From: an uncultured Leptospiraceae bacterium
GTDB taxonomy: Bacteria; Spirochaetota; UBA4802; UB4802
DNA length: 64,000 nucleotides
Reading direction: 5' to 3'
Assembly (NCBI GenBank): GCA_964486725.1
Contig: CAZAOK010000002.1
Span: forward strand, 7,250-71,249
Shown here: piece by piece, positions 37,938 to 49,520 of the stretch
Layout: each line of letters begins with the position of its first letter
Numbering within the stretch: position 1 is the first letter of the stretch
Program-made: the position numbers and the translations under genes
Notes under the pieces: generated by a model
The model's input: only the letters and a program-made list of their open reading frames with translations
Databases searched by the model: none
Told to the model about the DNA's origin: nothing

Positions 37938-38666
37938 TCAGGGGGTCTCGGTAATAACCATGGAATTATAATTTGAAGAAATAACCCCGTTTGATGCGTC
38001 CAGCTCATGGGCCTGTTTTATGTATTGCTGCGCTTTCGTTTTGTTACCCAGTTTTTCATTGCACACGGCCAGGTTATTTAACACCTTTGCCGACCCGGGA
38101 TATAACGCATGGGCGGTGGCGTAGGCTGTCAATGCTTCATTATATCTTTTCAGCTTCATCAGAACGTTGCCAAGTTCATTGTAGGACAGGTACATCTCGG
38201 AGTTCAGTGAATTCGCCTTTTCAAGGTATTCCTTGCTTTTCCAGTAACTCTTCATTCCTGAATACGACAACCCCAGTATGTAATATGCAAGTGCGGTTTC
38301 TTCTCTCTTAATAGATTCACGGGCAAAGATAGCCGCGGGACGATACCGTTTATGATCTATCATCATCAAACCAAGATCGATGTATGGATCAGCAGAATCC
38401 TCCCTGATTTCGGCGCATCTTTTCAGATGTATTACCGCCGAGTCAACATTTCCAAGTTTCCAGTGATTGTGAGCCGCAAGATAGCGAAGCTTATAATTTG
38501 TGGATTCCGGGGTAAAATCTTCACTGACCACCAGTTGTTCAGCGATCATATCCAGGGATTCCTGGTAATTGCCTTTTTCATATAATTTCAGGGCGTCTTT
38601 ATATTCACCAAAGAGTATTCCCGCAAAACACATAACCATCAGCATACTGATTGCAATACGCTTCAT
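37938..38666 (-). CDS. Secreted TPR-repeat protein
   Basis: The signal peptide starts at MKRIAISMLMVMCFAGILFG. There are several 34-aa TPR-like units (EALTAYATAHALYPGSAKVLNNLAV…). Confidence 0.6.
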   Translation of the reverse strand: MKRIAISMLMVMCFAGILFGEYKDALKLYEKGNYQESLDMIAEQLVVSEDFTPESTNYKLRYLAAHNHWKLGNVDSAVIHLKRCAEIREDSADPYIDLGLMMIDHKRYRPAAIFARESIKREETALAYYILGLSYSGMKSYWKSKEYLEKANSLNSEMYLSYNELGNVLMKLKRYNEALTAYATAHALYPGSAKVLNNLAVCNEKLGNKTKAQQYIKQAHELDASNGVISSNYNSMVITETP

Positions 38667-38745
38667 AATTCCTCCCGTAAACCATGCAATTGAATATAGT
38701 AGAACGGGCGCCATTTTTCAGGCGCCCGTTTCAAATTAGCTTTCC

Positions 38746-41457
38746 TCAGCCATTACGTATGGCCGCCTGTGCAGCAGCAAGACGAGCTATTGGAACCCTG
38801 AAGGGTGAACAGCTTACATAATCAAGCCCAACCCTGTGACAGAAGTCGATTGAACTTGGTTCTCCGCCATGTTCACCACAGATACCAAGCTTGAGATCCG
38901 GTCTTGCTTTTTTCCCATTTTCAACAGCCATCTCAACCAGCTTACCAACACCGTTCTGGTCCAGCGCCTGAAAAGGATCTCTTGCAAATATCTTCTTATC
39001 AATGTACTCGTTTAAAAACTTTCCAGCATCATCACGGCTGAAACCGTAGGTCATCTGGGTAAGGTCATTGGTACCGAAAGAGAAGAATTCTGCAATCTCA
39101 CCGATTTCGTCAGCCGTTAACGCCGCACGGGGAACTTCGATCATTGTACCTACCAGGTAATCAATCTTCACACCCATCTCATCCATAACCTTTTGCGCGG
39201 TGGTCACAATTATCTCTTTCTGCAATTTCAATTCGTTCACGGAACCAACAAGTGGTACCATTACTTCAGGTTTAACGTCCACACCTTCTTTGTGAAGCTG
39301 ACATGCTGCTTCAAAGATGGCACGTGCCTGCATTTCTGTTATTTCCGGGTATGTTATACCAAGACGGCAGCCCCTGTGTCCCAGCATGGGGTTGGTTTCA
39401 TGCAGGTCTTCAACTTTCTGCTTGATCTTTTCAACATCAACACCCAGCTCTTTGGCCATTTCTTTCTGGCTGGCATCATCATGTGGCACAAACTCGTGAA
39501 GCGGGGGATCAAGAAGACGGATGGTAACACCCAGCCCTTCCATAGCTTTAAGAATGCCGTAAAAATCTTCACGCTGAATGGGAAGCAGCTTCTCAAGGGC
39601 ACTTTTTCTCCCTTCGAAATCATCAGCAAGAATCATCTTCCGCATGGCGGTTATCCGGTCACCTTCAAAGAACATATGCTCCGTTCGGCAAAGACCAATA
39701 CCCTGGGCACCGAAATTCCTGGCAACCGTTGCATCATGGGGTGTATCCGCATTCGTGCGAATTAACAATTTTCGTGCTTCATCAGCCCATTCCATAACAG
39801 TGGCAAATGTTCCTGATACTTCGGGTTCAACGGTGGGCACCTTCCCTTCCATCACTTCGCCGGTAGACCCGTCGATTGAGATGAAATCCCCTTCTTTTAA
39901 AGTCAGGTCTCTAACTTTCACCTGTCGCTTGGCGTAACTGATCTCAAGCGCGCCGCAACCGGAAACGCAGCATTTACCCATTCCACGGGCAACAACAGCC
40001 GCGTGGGATGTCATGCCCCCGCGGGCGGTGAGAATACCTTCTGCCGCGTGCATCCCCTTTAAATCCTCTGGAGACGTTTCGATTCGAACAAGAACCACCT
40101 TTTCACCATTTTCTTTCCAATCATGGGCGTCATCGGCAAAAAACACGATCTTACCGGTGGCTGCACCAGGAGAGGCGGGAAGACCCTTGGCGATCACCTT
40201 CTTCTCCGCCTTGGGGTCGAACCATGGATGCAGCAGCTGATCAAGGCCTTCTGGCTCAAGCCGCATAATGGCTTCATTCTTTTCAATAAGTCCCTCTTCA
40301 ACCATATCTACGGCAATAGCAATTGCCGCAACCGCGGTACGTTTCCCGTTACGGGTCTGCAGCAGCCATAGCTTGCCATTTTGTATGGTAAATTCAATAT
40401 CCTGCATATCCTTGTAATGGCTTTCCAGTTTCTTGTATACCTTCACCAGTTCATCATACGCTTCCGGCATGTTCTCTTCAAGCGAAGGAAACTCTTTCTT
40501 TCTTTTCTCTTCGGGAATCTCGTTTTCCTGCGCCCATTTCTGCGAACCCCTTTTGGTTACATTCTGCGGGGTTCTTGTACCGGCAACCACATCTTCACCC
40601 TGCGCGTTCACAAGGTACTCCCCGTAGAATATCTTTTCACCCGTTGAAGGATCCCTGGTAAAGGCAACCCCTGTTGCGCAATCATCACCCATGTTACCAA
40701 AAACCATGGACTGCACGTTCACTGCGGTTCCCCAGCTGTCTTCAATGTTATTCATCTTTCTGTAGAGAATAGCACGTTCATTGTTCCATGAACCGAACAC
40801 GGCGGTTATAGCACCCCATAACTGCTCCATCGGATCGGTAGGGAAATCTTTTCCCACCTTATCCTTGATCAGCTTCTTGAACCTCGCAACCATGTCCTTC
40901 AGGTCATCAACTGTAAGGTCAATATCAAGTCCCACCCCTCTTTTTTTCTTCATTTCTTCCATTATTATTTCAAAGGGGTCTTCCTCTTCCTTGGTTTCAG
41001 GCTTAAGGCCAATTACCACATCACCGTACATCTGTATAAAACGTCGATATGAGTCCCAGCCGAATCGTTCATTTCCTGATTTCTTGATTATTCCCTGAAC
41101 TGTTTCATCATTGAGACCCAGGTTCAGCACGGTATCCATCATACCCGGCATTGAAACCCTGGCACCTGATCGAACAGATAGAAGCAGGGGGTTTGACGTA
41201 TCACCAAATTTTGCATCCATTACGTCCTCAACCTTCTTCAAGGCTTCATTAACCGCTTCTTTCAGGCCTTCTGGATACTGTTCATTATTATCATAGTACT
41301 CGTTACACACTTCGGTAGTAATAGTAAATCCGGCAGGTACGGGAATGCCAATCTTGCTCATCTCCGCCAGGTTCGCACCCTTTCCTCCAAGGAGGTTCTT
41401 CATGTCAGCTCCACCTTCAGAAATACCGGCACCGAATAAATACACTCTTTTAGACAT
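38746..41457 (-). CDS. ppdK: Pyruvate, phosphate dikinase
   Basis: It is 903 aa with the full PPDK signature ([22 protein letters not shown] catalytic His region, and the C-terminal PEP-utilising TIM barrel GICGEHGG). Confidence 0.9.
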   Translation of the reverse strand: MSKRVYLFGAGISEGGADMKNLLGGKGANLAEMSKIGIPVPAGFTITTEVCNEYYDNNEQYPEGLKEAVNEALKKVEDVMDAKFGDTSNPLLLSVRSGARVSMPGMMDTVLNLGLNDETVQGIIKKSGNERFGWDSYRRFIQMYGDVVIGLKPETKEEEDPFEIIMEEMKKKRGVGLDIDLTVDDLKDMVARFKKLIKDKVGKDFPTDPMEQLWGAITAVFGSWNNERAILYRKMNNIEDSWGTAVNVQSMVFGNMGDDCATGVAFTRDPSTGEKIFYGEYLVNAQGEDVVAGTRTPQNVTKRGSQKWAQENEIPEEKRKKEFPSLEENMPEAYDELVKVYKKLESHYKDMQDIEFTIQNGKLWLLQTRNGKRTAVAAIAIAVDMVEEGLIEKNEAIMRLEPEGLDQLLHPWFDPKAEKKVIAKGLPASPGAATGKIVFFADDAHDWKENGEKVVLVRIETSPEDLKGMHAAEGILTARGGMTSHAAVVARGMGKCCVSGCGALEISYAKRQVKVRDLTLKEGDFISIDGSTGEVMEGKVPTVEPEVSGTFATVMEWADEARKLLIRTNADTPHDATVARNFGAQGIGLCRTEHMFFEGDRITAMRKMILADDFEGRKSALEKLLPIQREDFYGILKAMEGLGVTIRLLDPPLHEFVPHDDASQKEMAKELGVDVEKIKQKVEDLHETNPMLGHRGCRLGITYPEITEMQARAIFEAACQLHKEGVDVKPEVMVPLVGSVNELKLQKEIIVTTAQKVMDEMGVKIDYLVGTMIEVPRAALTADEIGEIAEFFSFGTNDLTQMTYGFSRDDAGKFLNEYIDKKIFARDPFQALDQNGVGKLVEMAVENGKKARPDLKLGICGEHGGEPSSIDFCHRVGLDYVSCSPFRVPIARLAAAQAAIRNG

Positions 41458-41658
41458 TGCTCTACTCCTCTAATCTTTTAATAGAATTTACATTTCTGCA
41501 AATCGTATATTACCCACCGGCAGCGCAATATTAGTATACGCAACCGGGAAATCGCCATTCGGAAATATCGCCACATCACTAATGCGGTCGCGGGGTAAGA
41601 AGAACACTATATGAATATCACTCTTATTATAGTAACAATTCTAGTAATCAAGATAATT

Positions 41659-42633
41659 TTAATCCACAAATTTTCTGGTTTCAATCAAAAAACAGGCATC
41701 CCTGTTGTCACATCCCCTGCAGGTGCCCGATTCAATATCATATTCTGTATCATCACAGGATTTTTCAGCATCATCCCCAAGCATGATCTCAAGGTACTTG
41801 ATATACTGGATCTCGTCATCAGTAAGCTCTTTTTGTCCTCCCCTGTGCAGTTTTTTCATGATTGTCTGCTGCATCTGGTTGATGCTTTCTTCACGGCTTT
41901 TTTCATCCCGGGAAGAAATTTTAGGAGGACTTTTTCGCTGGTTTGCCGCTGACGCACGATAGAGTTTCGTTTTAAAACGCAATGCCCTCTTTTTAAAAAT
42001 CAGAAAAAACACGATACCGAAGAAAAGTCCCCCGAGATGCCCCAGGTGTGAGATGCTGGTTCTTCCGCCAAACACTTCCAGGAAGAGTTCAATTCCACCA
42101 AACAGCACAACCAGGTATTTGGCTTTTATAGGGATAATAAAAAACAGCAGCAATTCAGCATTGGGAAACAGTATTCCAAATGCCAGCAACAGGCCAAACA
42201 CCGCGCCGGATGCACCGATAGTAGGAATATGATATCCCATACCCCCGGTGATCAGGTTGATAACAAAGATGGTCATACCCGCGCCGATACCGCAGAAGAG
42301 ATAATACTGTAAAAACCGCTTCCCACCCCATACCTGCTCTACCGGAATACCGAATAGCATGAGGGCATACATATTAAAAAAGATATGAAGAAGCATCTGG
42401 GGACTGTGAAGGAACATGTAGGTAAAAATCTGCCATATATACCCCTTCTCCGCAACCATGGAGGGCATAAGGCCAAAATAATACGTCAGTGCGGGCAAAT
42501 TCACCGACATGTTGCCAACCTGGTGCTGCACCAGCATGTTGCCGGTTAACATCTGCAGCACGAATACAACCACGTTTATGATAATGAGTTTTACCGCTAT
42601 TCCCTGATACGCCGATCCACTTCTGCCGTTCAT
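41659..42633 (-). CDS. Rhomboid family intramembrane serine protease with a C-terminal Cys-rich tail
   Basis: GASGAVFG (the catalytic Ser) and HLGHLGG (the His). The tail reads C-x10-CRGC-x5-C. Confidence 0.8.
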   Translation of the reverse strand: MNGRSGSAYQGIAVKLIIINVVVFVLQMLTGNMLVQHQVGNMSVNLPALTYYFGLMPSMVAEKGYIWQIFTYMFLHSPQMLLHIFFNMYALMLFGIPVEQVWGGKRFLQYYLFCGIGAGMTIFVINLITGGMGYHIPTIGASGAVFGLLLAFGILFPNAELLLFFIIPIKAKYLVVLFGGIELFLEVFGGRTSISHLGHLGGLFFGIVFFLIFKKRALRFKTKLYRASAANQRKSPPKISSRDEKSREESINQMQQTIMKKLHRGGQKELTDDEIQYIKYLEIMLGDDAEKSCDDTEYDIESGTCRGCDNRDACFLIETRKFVD

Positions 42634-42693
42634 CTTTCATTCCTGCAATTTTTGTTTACTAATAGTATATTCTTACAAATCAGCACCCGCCTG

Positions 42694-43038
42694 TCACGTA
42701 AAGTCTTTTTTGTAAAGGGGACACAGCTCGGATTCGCCCGGCTGATACGCCCTGCAGACAAAGGGCCTTGTTTCATATATGGCACAGGCACATAACCCGT
42801 TTTCTAGAACCAGGAAAGGGCAGCCCTGAAGCTGTTTACCGGTTGACGCCGATACCAGGTGATCACCCATCCATACCGGGTTCTCATTGTCAATCACGTG
42901 CAGTATATCATCCCTGCCTTCATCCTGCCAGCGCGCCATATCCTCATCGGTAACATAGGCAATCATGTTGGCGAAACAACACGCGCCGCATCTTTTACAT
43001 TCAGGTGTTGACTTTTTCTCATTCATGTAGTACATCAC
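42694..43038 (-). CDS. YkgJ-family (UPF0153) Zn/Fe-S cluster protein
   Basis: CKRCGACC…CPF…CAC…C is the CxxCxxCC signature of this family. Confidence 0.6.
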   Translation of the reverse strand: MMYYMNEKKSTPECKRCGACCFANMIAYVTDEDMARWQDEGRDDILHVIDNENPVWMGDHLVSASTGKQLQGCPFLVLENGLCACAIYETRPFVCRAYQPGESELCPLYKKDFT

Positions 43039-43068
43039 CTGGTATAGTATACCCTGGAGAGATCGTCA

Positions 43069-43968
43069 ATGAAACAGCAATCATTCAAGTCCATTTCACT
43101 GAAAGGGGCATTATTACTTCTTCTTTCAGCCATGGCCTTTGCCCTGTCCACCGTCTTCGCAAAGGTTGTTACCACTAATTCCACTGTTCCCGGAATTGAA
43201 ATCACCTTCGTAAGATTCTCCGTTGGTCTCATTTTTACCGGATTATACCTGTTGTCTCGCAAAATACCCATATGGCCCAACAATCCCAGGCTAGTGATAC
43301 TGCGGGCGGTAACCAATACCGCGGCAGTGCTGTTCTTCTTCACGGGAATTCAGTTCACCACGGTGACTAACGCCAACATGCTGAACATGACATATCCTGT
43401 ATTCGTATTCCTGATAGCCCCTTATTTCAACAGGGAAGCCAACAGGAAGAAAAATTACATCTTTCTATTTCTCACCATAATCGGTGTATACCTTATCGTG
43501 GTACCTGATTTCAAAAGCATCAACCCCGGTGACATCTCTGCCCTCATGTCGGGAGTATGCGCGGGCATGGCCATTTCCGCACTCAGGGAAGCACGAAAGT
43601 ATGATAACAGTTTTGTCATACTTTTCTACCTGATGTTCATTGGTATATTTATTAACGCGGGTATCTTGATACCACTGTTCGTTATGCCTGATCTATATAT
43701 CTTTATCTTCATGTTGTTGTCAGCAGTTACCGCTGTAGCGGGACAGGTGCTGCTCACCGTGGGGTACCGTTTCATTGATGCGGCTCCCGGTTCACTCATA
43801 TCCGCGAGCAGGATACTGTTCGCGGGAATTCTTGGTTTCAGCATATTCGGCGACCCCCTTACCTTAAGGATACTATCAGGAGGAATTCTCATCCTTATCG
43901 CCCTGACAGGTGTAAGCGGAATAGTACGATTTCTGCGTGCCTCTACTCCTCCAGGAAGCAGTCAATAA
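43069..43968 (+). CDS. EamA/DMT-family transporter
   Basis: It has 10 predicted TM helices arranged as two EamA-like repeats. Confidence 0.75.
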   Translation: MKQQSFKSISLKGALLLLLSAMAFALSTVFAKVVTTNSTVPGIEITFVRFSVGLIFTGLYLLSRKIPIWPNNPRLVILRAVTNTAAVLFFFTGIQFTTVTNANMLNMTYPVFVFLIAPYFNREANRKKNYIFLFLTIIGVYLIVVPDFKSINPGDISALMSGVCAGMAISALREARKYDNSFVILFYLMFIGIFINAGILIPLFVMPDLYIFIFMLLSAVTAVAGQVLLTVGYRFIDAAPGSLISASRILFAGILGFSIFGDPLTLRILSGGILILIALTGVSGIVRFLRASTPPGSSQ

Positions 43969-44887
43969 CCCGTTCCACGCTCGTTGCCAGCGCGTCAAGG
44001 TCATACCCCCCTTCCAGAAAGGCTATCATTCTTCCTTTTGAATACCTGTTTGCCACATCTTTCAACATGGTGGTAAACAGGTAATAGGTTTCAGATGACA
44101 GGCCAATGTATGAAAGGGGATCTGAATTGTGGGCATCGAATCCCGCCGATATAAGAATAATTTCAGGTTTAAATTCTTCCAGTGCCGGTAATATATGATC
44201 CCTGAATACCTCCAGGTAATCATCCTCACCGCTTCCGGCAGGCATAGGGTAATTCAGTGTATATCCTTCACCCGTGTCCTTACCGCGCTCATTCTTTGCG
44301 CCTGTACCGGGAAAATGCGGATATTGATGGGTACTGATATAAAGAACCGTGTTGTCACGCTCGAAGGTATGCTGGGTGCCGTTGCCGTGATGCACATCCC
44401 AGTCAACTATGGCCACCCTGCCGATATTGTGAGTATCCTGAAGATACCTTGCCGCAATGGCGATGTTATTAAAAATACAGAATCCAGCCGCGTAATCATA
44501 TTCGGCATGATGCCCCGGCGGCCGAACCACGCAGAATCCCCGTTTAGCCTCGTCTTTCATGATAACATCACACATGCGCAGTCCCCCGCCGGCAGCCAGG
44601 AGGGCAATTTCATATGATTTACTGCATACCGCGGTGTCCATTGAATCAAGGTAATGGACACCGGATTCAATCTCTTTCTTTACCCTCCGTATATAATCAG
44701 GTGAGTGTATCTTTTCAATAATGGCAATATCAGCTGCTGCCGGTTCCACTTTTACGAGATCTTTGTAATACGATTTTCCCCGCAACCGTTGATCAATTGC
44801 TGCAAGACGTTCGGGACGCTCGGGGTGGCCCCACCCGGTATCATGATCCATGTACACGGGATCGAAAAGGTATGCAGTGGGTATCAT
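43943..44887 (-). CDS. Histone deacetylase-family (AcuC/Aph-like) deacetylase
   Basis: HPERPERL, the DWDVHHGNGTQ Zn-site context and the GGGY-like C-terminal motif (LEGGYDL). Confidence 0.8.
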   Translation of the reverse strand: MIPTAYLFDPVYMDHDTGWGHPERPERLAAIDQRLRGKSYYKDLVKVEPAAADIAIIEKIHSPDYIRRVKKEIESGVHYLDSMDTAVCSKSYEIALLAAGGGLRMCDVIMKDEAKRGFCVVRPPGHHAEYDYAAGFCIFNNIAIAARYLQDTHNIGRVAIVDWDVHHGNGTQHTFERDNTVLYISTHQYPHFPGTGAKNERGKDTGEGYTLNYPMPAGSGEDDYLEVFRDHILPALEEFKPEIILISAGFDAHNSDPLSYIGLSSETYYLFTTMLKDVANRYSKGRMIAFLEGGYDLDALATSVERVIDCFLEE

Positions 44888-45045
44888 TTTTTTCTCCAGA
44901 CGTCATGGACTGTTACATCTTTTTGTTATATGGTTACTCTATATAGTGTATGTACTATTTTCAAGCAATTAATACAGGTTTGATTTTGTTGTGTATCTAC
45001 ATCAAGGTGATACAATAGAACCTGTACTCACAGGGAAATAATATT

Positions 45046-45252
45046 ATGGCAGGACGACAATGCAAATGGTACCCGGTATGCCCCATGAAACGGTATACCG
45101 ACAGAGGCTTGCTGGACCCGTACTGGGTTGAGCATTACTGCATGGGTGACTGGGAAAGCTGTGTACGGTACAGGATGGAAGAAGATGGTGAATACCATCC
45201 CGACTGGATGCTCCCTGACGGGAGCATCGATGAATCGTTGCGTAATATTTAA
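45046..45252 (+). CDS. Small Cys-rich conserved-looking protein (68 aa)
   Basis: CKWYPVCP…YC…CVRY gives four Cys spaced like a zinc-binding knuckle. Confidence 0.4.
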   Translation: MAGRQCKWYPVCPMKRYTDRGLLDPYWVEHYCMGDWESCVRYRMEEDGEYHPDWMLPDGSIDESLRNI

Positions 45253-45259
45253 CTGAGTA

Positions 45260-45952
45260 TTATTTGGCCGAAGAACCGCCAAACGGGTATCTCACCCCAA
45301 TGCGGATCATGAAACCGGACATGTCGATTTCAATGTTATCTTCGTTCTTCAATTGTGCGTTACGATACCCGAATTCACCCAGAAACTCAACCTTTGATTG
45401 TTCAGACGGCTTATACCCCGCACCCGCAACTATTTGCCAGGCGAAACCGCTGAAAAATTTTGTCTTGTTCTCTTCAGGATATTCATCACCCCCAGTGTCT
45501 TTGTATGCCGGCTGGGAGAAATGCATTATCATGACGGGATATCCCAGGCCAATGTTGATATAAGGGGTAACATACAGGCTTTTTTTCAGGTTGGGCAGGC
45601 GCACCTGCGCGTCAACCATGATGGGAATATAAAAGGCATTTGTATCGGCTTTCAGGTCGCCGCTTACATCCTGTGTTACCTCGTCTTCACCTACCTTTCT
45701 GCTCCACTGCACCCAGTACAACCCTGATTCAAAACCCAACACGAAGAAGGGGTCAAGCAGCCAGTTATACTGTAATGAAAGATCCATCCCGAACTTGGCA
45801 GGATCCGTGGAATACGCGGTTCCCAGTGTTCCGTCAATTCCTGTTTCAACGGCAAATACTTCAGACCCGGCACACCACAGCATCCCCATAATAAGGATAA
45901 CGCAATATAGTCTTTTCATGGACAATCTCCCTGGTATAATATCAACGTTCAC
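45260..45952 (-). CDS. Putative outer-membrane beta-barrel protein
   Basis: It has a signal peptide (LWCAGSEVFA). Amphipathic beta-strands end in IRIGVRYPFGGSSAK. Confidence 0.45.
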   Translation of the reverse strand: MNVDIIPGRLSMKRLYCVILIMGMLWCAGSEVFAVETGIDGTLGTAYSTDPAKFGMDLSLQYNWLLDPFFVLGFESGLYWVQWSRKVGEDEVTQDVSGDLKADTNAFYIPIMVDAQVRLPNLKKSLYVTPYINIGLGYPVMIMHFSQPAYKDTGGDEYPEENKTKFFSGFAWQIVAGAGYKPSEQSKVEFLGEFGYRNAQLKNEDNIEIDMSGFMIRIGVRYPFGGSSAK

Positions 45953-46001
45953 TTGCTGGTATGATGGCGGGTCTGAGCATTGATGTCAAGACATAATATG
46001 T

Positions 46002-46265
46002 TCAGGCGATGGTGTCCAGGTTTTCTCCAAGCCCTTTAACACTGGCACCCTGAACCTGTGATGTCACACTTGCCTTCAGCATCTTTCCGTCAAGGCCCTC
46101 CTGTTTCCTGGCTATGTCTTTTAAAAGCTCTCCCATTTGGAATATGCGCTGACCTACAGCTGTTGACTGTACTCCATGTACCATTAACATCCTCCTTTGA
46201 AAAATCTTCCTGTTTCTATTATCGGCACATGAAAATTGAACTTGAGCACTTTTATCCAAAATCAT
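46002..46265 (-). CDS. Hypothetical 87-aa ORF overlapping the nqrF stop by 14 nt
   Basis: Only the ORF and its coupling-like overlap with nqrF are seen. No family recognised. Confidence 0.2.
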   Translation of the reverse strand: MILDKSAQVQFSCADNRNRKIFQRRMLMVHGVQSTAVGQRIFQMGELLKDIARKQEGLDGKMLKASVTSQVQGASVKGLGENLDTIA

Positions 46266-47493
46266 CGAAGCGGATCATATCACCTTCAACACCAAGATTG
46301 TACAACATGTTAAACGTTGCATCCAGCATTACAGGTGGGCCGCAGAGGTAATACTCCACATCCTCGGGGCCCTTATGGTCTTTAAGATAGTGTTCGTATA
46401 CCGCGTTATGAACGAATCCAGTGGGGCCATCCCAGTTGTCATCAGGCAGTGGTTCTGACAGGGCGATATGAAAAGAAAAATTGTCGAACTCCTTTTCAAG
46501 CTGCCTGAAGTCCTCCTCGTAAAATATCTCCCGCACTGACCGGGCACCGTACCAGTAGGTAACCTTCCTGTCTGTTTTAAGAGTTTTGAACAGGTGAAAA
46601 ATTTGAGACCTGAGGGGGGCCATACCCGCACCTCCACCGATGTAGACCATCTCCCTGTCGGTATCCTGTATGAAGAAATCACCAAAAGGGCCTGATATAT
46701 CCACCTCGTCCCCCTCCTTCAGTGAAAATATATAGGTAGAAGCGATACCCGCAGGAAACTTCTCATACCTTTGTTTTTTTTCATTCCATGGGGGTGTTGC
46801 GATCCTCACGTTCAGCTTGATAATGTTTCCCTCTGCCGGATGATTTGCCATTGAGTAAGCTCGAAAGATGGGCTCGTCGTTGTCAACAACCATGTTGAAA
46901 AGTCCCTGCTCTTCCCAGTCTTCACGGTATTGTGTATCCACGTTGATATCGCTGGAAAAATCAATACTGTATTCCGGAATATCAATCTGCACATATCCTC
47001 CCGGTTCAAAATCCAGCGTTTCTCCCTCGGGCATGCGCAGGTCAAGTTCCTTGATAAAGGTGGCTACATTTTTATTGGATTCCACCCTGCAATGGTATTT
47101 CCTGATATCCAGCAGTTCTTCAGGAATACCGATCTTCATGCTTTCACGCACCTTCACCTGGCAGGACAGGCGCCAGTGATCGTGTGCCATTTTTCTGTTG
47201 ATATGATTTTCTTCGATGGGCAGTATATCCCCGCCTCCCTCGAACACCTGGCACTTACAGGTGCCGCAGGTGCCGCCGCCACCGCAGGCGGATGGCAGGT
47301 ATATTTCGTTGGCCGCCAGGGTGCTCAACAGGTTTGATCCCGCCTGAACAATGATATCCTTGTCAGGATCATCGTTGATCTCAATGGTTACCTCACCGGT
47401 CTCTTTCAGTTTCCATTCCGCACCGATAATGAGCACCGAGAGAAACACCGCGATAATGCTGAATGCCACAACTCCAAGTATAACAGTTACCAT
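46252..47493 (-). CDS. nqrF: Na+-translocating NADH:quinone oxidoreductase subunit F
   Basis: An N-terminal TM, a 2Fe-2S ferredoxin (CGGGGTCGTCKC) and an FAD/NAD-binding domain (RAYSMANHP, GGAGMAP). Confidence 0.9.
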   Translation of the reverse strand: MVTVILGVVAFSIIAVFLSVLIIGAEWKLKETGEVTIEINDDPDKDIIVQAGSNLLSTLAANEIYLPSACGGGGTCGTCKCQVFEGGGDILPIEENHINRKMAHDHWRLSCQVKVRESMKIGIPEELLDIRKYHCRVESNKNVATFIKELDLRMPEGETLDFEPGGYVQIDIPEYSIDFSSDINVDTQYREDWEEQGLFNMVVDNDEPIFRAYSMANHPAEGNIIKLNVRIATPPWNEKKQRYEKFPAGIASTYIFSLKEGDEVDISGPFGDFFIQDTDREMVYIGGGAGMAPLRSQIFHLFKTLKTDRKVTYWYGARSVREIFYEEDFRQLEKEFDNFSFHIALSEPLPDDNWDGPTGFVHNAVYEHYLKDHKGPEDVEYYLCGPPVMLDATFNMLYNLGVEGDMIRFDDFG

Positions 47494-47499
47494 ATAATC

Positions 47500-48117
47500 C
47501 TATCCAGTTAGTGTAATTCCAGAAAATATCATAAAGGCGATGGCCATAAGACCTGTCAAAAGCATGGTGATGCCCAGTCCCCGCATACCATCGGGAATGT
47601 TGGAATACCTTATCTTATGCCGTATGGCAGCCATGCTGACGATTGCGAGGAACCACCCGATACCTGATGCCACCCCGAATACCGTCGACTCCGCGAGGGT
47701 ATACTCACGCTCAACCATGAACAGTGAAACCCCCAGGATAGAACAGTTTACCGTTATCAGGGGGAGGTATATTCCCAGCGCGCTGTAGAGGGCAGTTGAT
47801 ATCTTTTCAACAGCCATTTCCACTATTTGCACCATGGCCGCGATTGTGGCAATAAATGAGATAAAGGTCAGAAAGCTCAGGTCAACGCTGGCAAACTCCG
47901 GGTTCAGCCAGGTAAGGGCTCCTTCTTTCAATATATACTCGTGCAGCAGCCAGTTTGCCGGGGCGGTTATGCTCAACACAAAGATGACCGCGATCCCCAG
48001 GCCAAACGAGGTAGACACCTTCTTTGAAAGGGCAAGGAATGAACACATGCCCAGGAAATAGGCAAGCAGTATGTTTTCTGTAAAAATTGCCTTTATGCCG
48101 ATATTCAGAAGATCCAT
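47500..48117 (-). CDS. nqrE: Na+-NQR subunit E
   Basis: [23 protein letters not shown] is the NqrE/RnfA-type signature. The start is set at MDLLNIG. Confidence 0.85.
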   Translation of the reverse strand: MDLLNIGIKAIFTENILLAYFLGMCSFLALSKKVSTSFGLGIAVIFVLSITAPANWLLHEYILKEGALTWLNPEFASVDLSFLTFISFIATIAAMVQIVEMAVEKISTALYSALGIYLPLITVNCSILGVSLFMVEREYTLAESTVFGVASGIGWFLAIVSMAAIRHKIRYSNIPDGMRGLGITMLLTGLMAIAFMIFSGITLTG

Positions 48118-48125
48118 ATACACCC

Positions 48126-48743
48126 CTACTCTTCTTCCTTGTATCCGGTATAGATACGCTGCAGCCATATGGTGAGTGCCAGTATAATAAACGCCCCCGG
48201 CGCCAGAACCATGAGACCGTTATCAACATACCCCGCGTCATACAGTACCTGTGGGATCACCTGGTAGCCCAGAAGAGTGCCCGATCCGAAAAGCTCCCTG
48301 AAAAACCCGACGATCAGCAGAATAATTGCATACCCTATACCGTTGCCAATCCCGTCAAGAAAGGATGATGGTACCGGGTTGCTCATGGCATGGGCCTCCA
48401 GTCTTCCAAGCACGATACAGTTGGTAATGATAAGGCCCACAAACACTGAGAGCTGCTTGGACATCTCGTACGCGTAGGCTTTTAAAAACTGGTCAACGAT
48501 GATAACCAGTGACGCGATAACAGTCATCTCCACAATAATACGGATCTTTCCTGGAATAAAACTTCTTATTAATGAGACGATAACATTTGCCATGGTGATC
48601 ACGAATATAACCGCGATCCCCATAACTATGGACGGCTTCAGCATGGATGTCACCGCCAGGGCTGAACAGATCCCAAGTATCTGAATTGTTATGGGATTAT
48701 TTTCACTGATTGGTTCGGTCAGCACCTTTTTATTCAGTGCCAT
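48126..48743 (-). CDS. nqrD: Na+-NQR subunit D
   Basis: [15 protein letters not shown] is NqrD/RnfE-type. The protein is 205 aa. Confidence 0.85.
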   Translation of the reverse strand: MALNKKVLTEPISENNPITIQILGICSALAVTSMLKPSIVMGIAVIFVITMANVIVSLIRSFIPGKIRIIVEMTVIASLVIIVDQFLKAYAYEMSKQLSVFVGLIITNCIVLGRLEAHAMSNPVPSSFLDGIGNGIGYAIILLIVGFFRELFGSGTLLGYQVIPQVLYDAGYVDNGLMVLAPGAFIILALTIWLQRIYTGYKEEE

Positions 48744-48746
48744 ATA

Positions 48747-49520
48747 TCATCCTCCCTTTCTCACCTTCTGAAAATAGGGTTCATATATTTCAAGGCTGGT
48801 TTCCAGGAGATCGGTTACACCGTTGCCGGTCAGCGTTGCACCGCTTATACCGTCCACCTTGTGTTCCCTGTTTTTCTCATCCGGCTGCACCTTCCCTTTC
48901 TTCACCTTCACAGACACCAGGTTTCCCTCCTGGTCTCGTATCTTCTTTTCCTTGAACTGGTTCTGAAACCACTGGGTTTGTACCTCGGCCCCCAGGCCCG
49001 GTGTTTCACCATGGCTGTAAAACGCGATGCCAAATATTGTATTCATATCAGGTTTCAACGCGATATACCCTTTGATAGTAGACCACAGGCCTTTCCCCAC
49101 CACGGGTACACAGTAGGCGATCACCTTACCCTTTTCTACCCGTTTAAACACGGGCAGTATTCGCTCCCGGGCAGGTTTCTTCTTCTGTTTTTCCAGTTCG
49201 ATTCGGAAGGAGGCCATTTCCAGGGTCTCCCTGTCAACAGGATTCCCTTCATGGTCAACCACCAGCGAGTCGATAAACTCGTCAAAGCAGCACTGTACAT
49301 CCACGCATTCTTTTTCACTTTGTATCTTTTGCAATTCTCGGGGGTCCCGCGGACACTCCCTCAACCCGGTGGCCATGAGAATATTAAACTTGATATCGGC
49401 CTCACGCTGCAAGCGTTGCCTGCTGTCAAGTGATTGAGATATAACAGAAAGCAGCAGTGAGAACAAGGCTGCGATCATCAGTGCGAATAATATGGTATAT
49501 GTATTTGTATCACGCCGCAC
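48747..49520 (-). CDS. nqrC: Na+-NQR subunit C (FMN-binding)
   Basis: An N-terminal TM and DGISGATLTGNGV (the covalent-FMN Thr motif). Confidence 0.85.
   Translation of the reverse strand: MRRDTNTYTILFALMIAALFSLLLSVISQSLDSRQRLQREADIKFNILMATGLRECPRDPRELQKIQSEKECVDVQCCFDEFIDSLVVDHEGNPVDRETLEMASFRIELEKQKKKPARERILPVFKRVEKGKVIAYCVPVVGKGLWSTIKGYIALKPDMNTIFGIAFYSHGETPGLGAEVQTQWFQNQFKEKKIRDQEGNLVSVKVKKGKVQPDEKNREHKVDGISGATLTGNGVTDLLETSLEIYEPYFQKVRKGG

Noticed and set aside
43035-43343. 102-aa minus-strand ORF
   Set aside because: It overlaps the well-supported EamA transporter gene almost entirely on the opposite strand and has no recognisable features.
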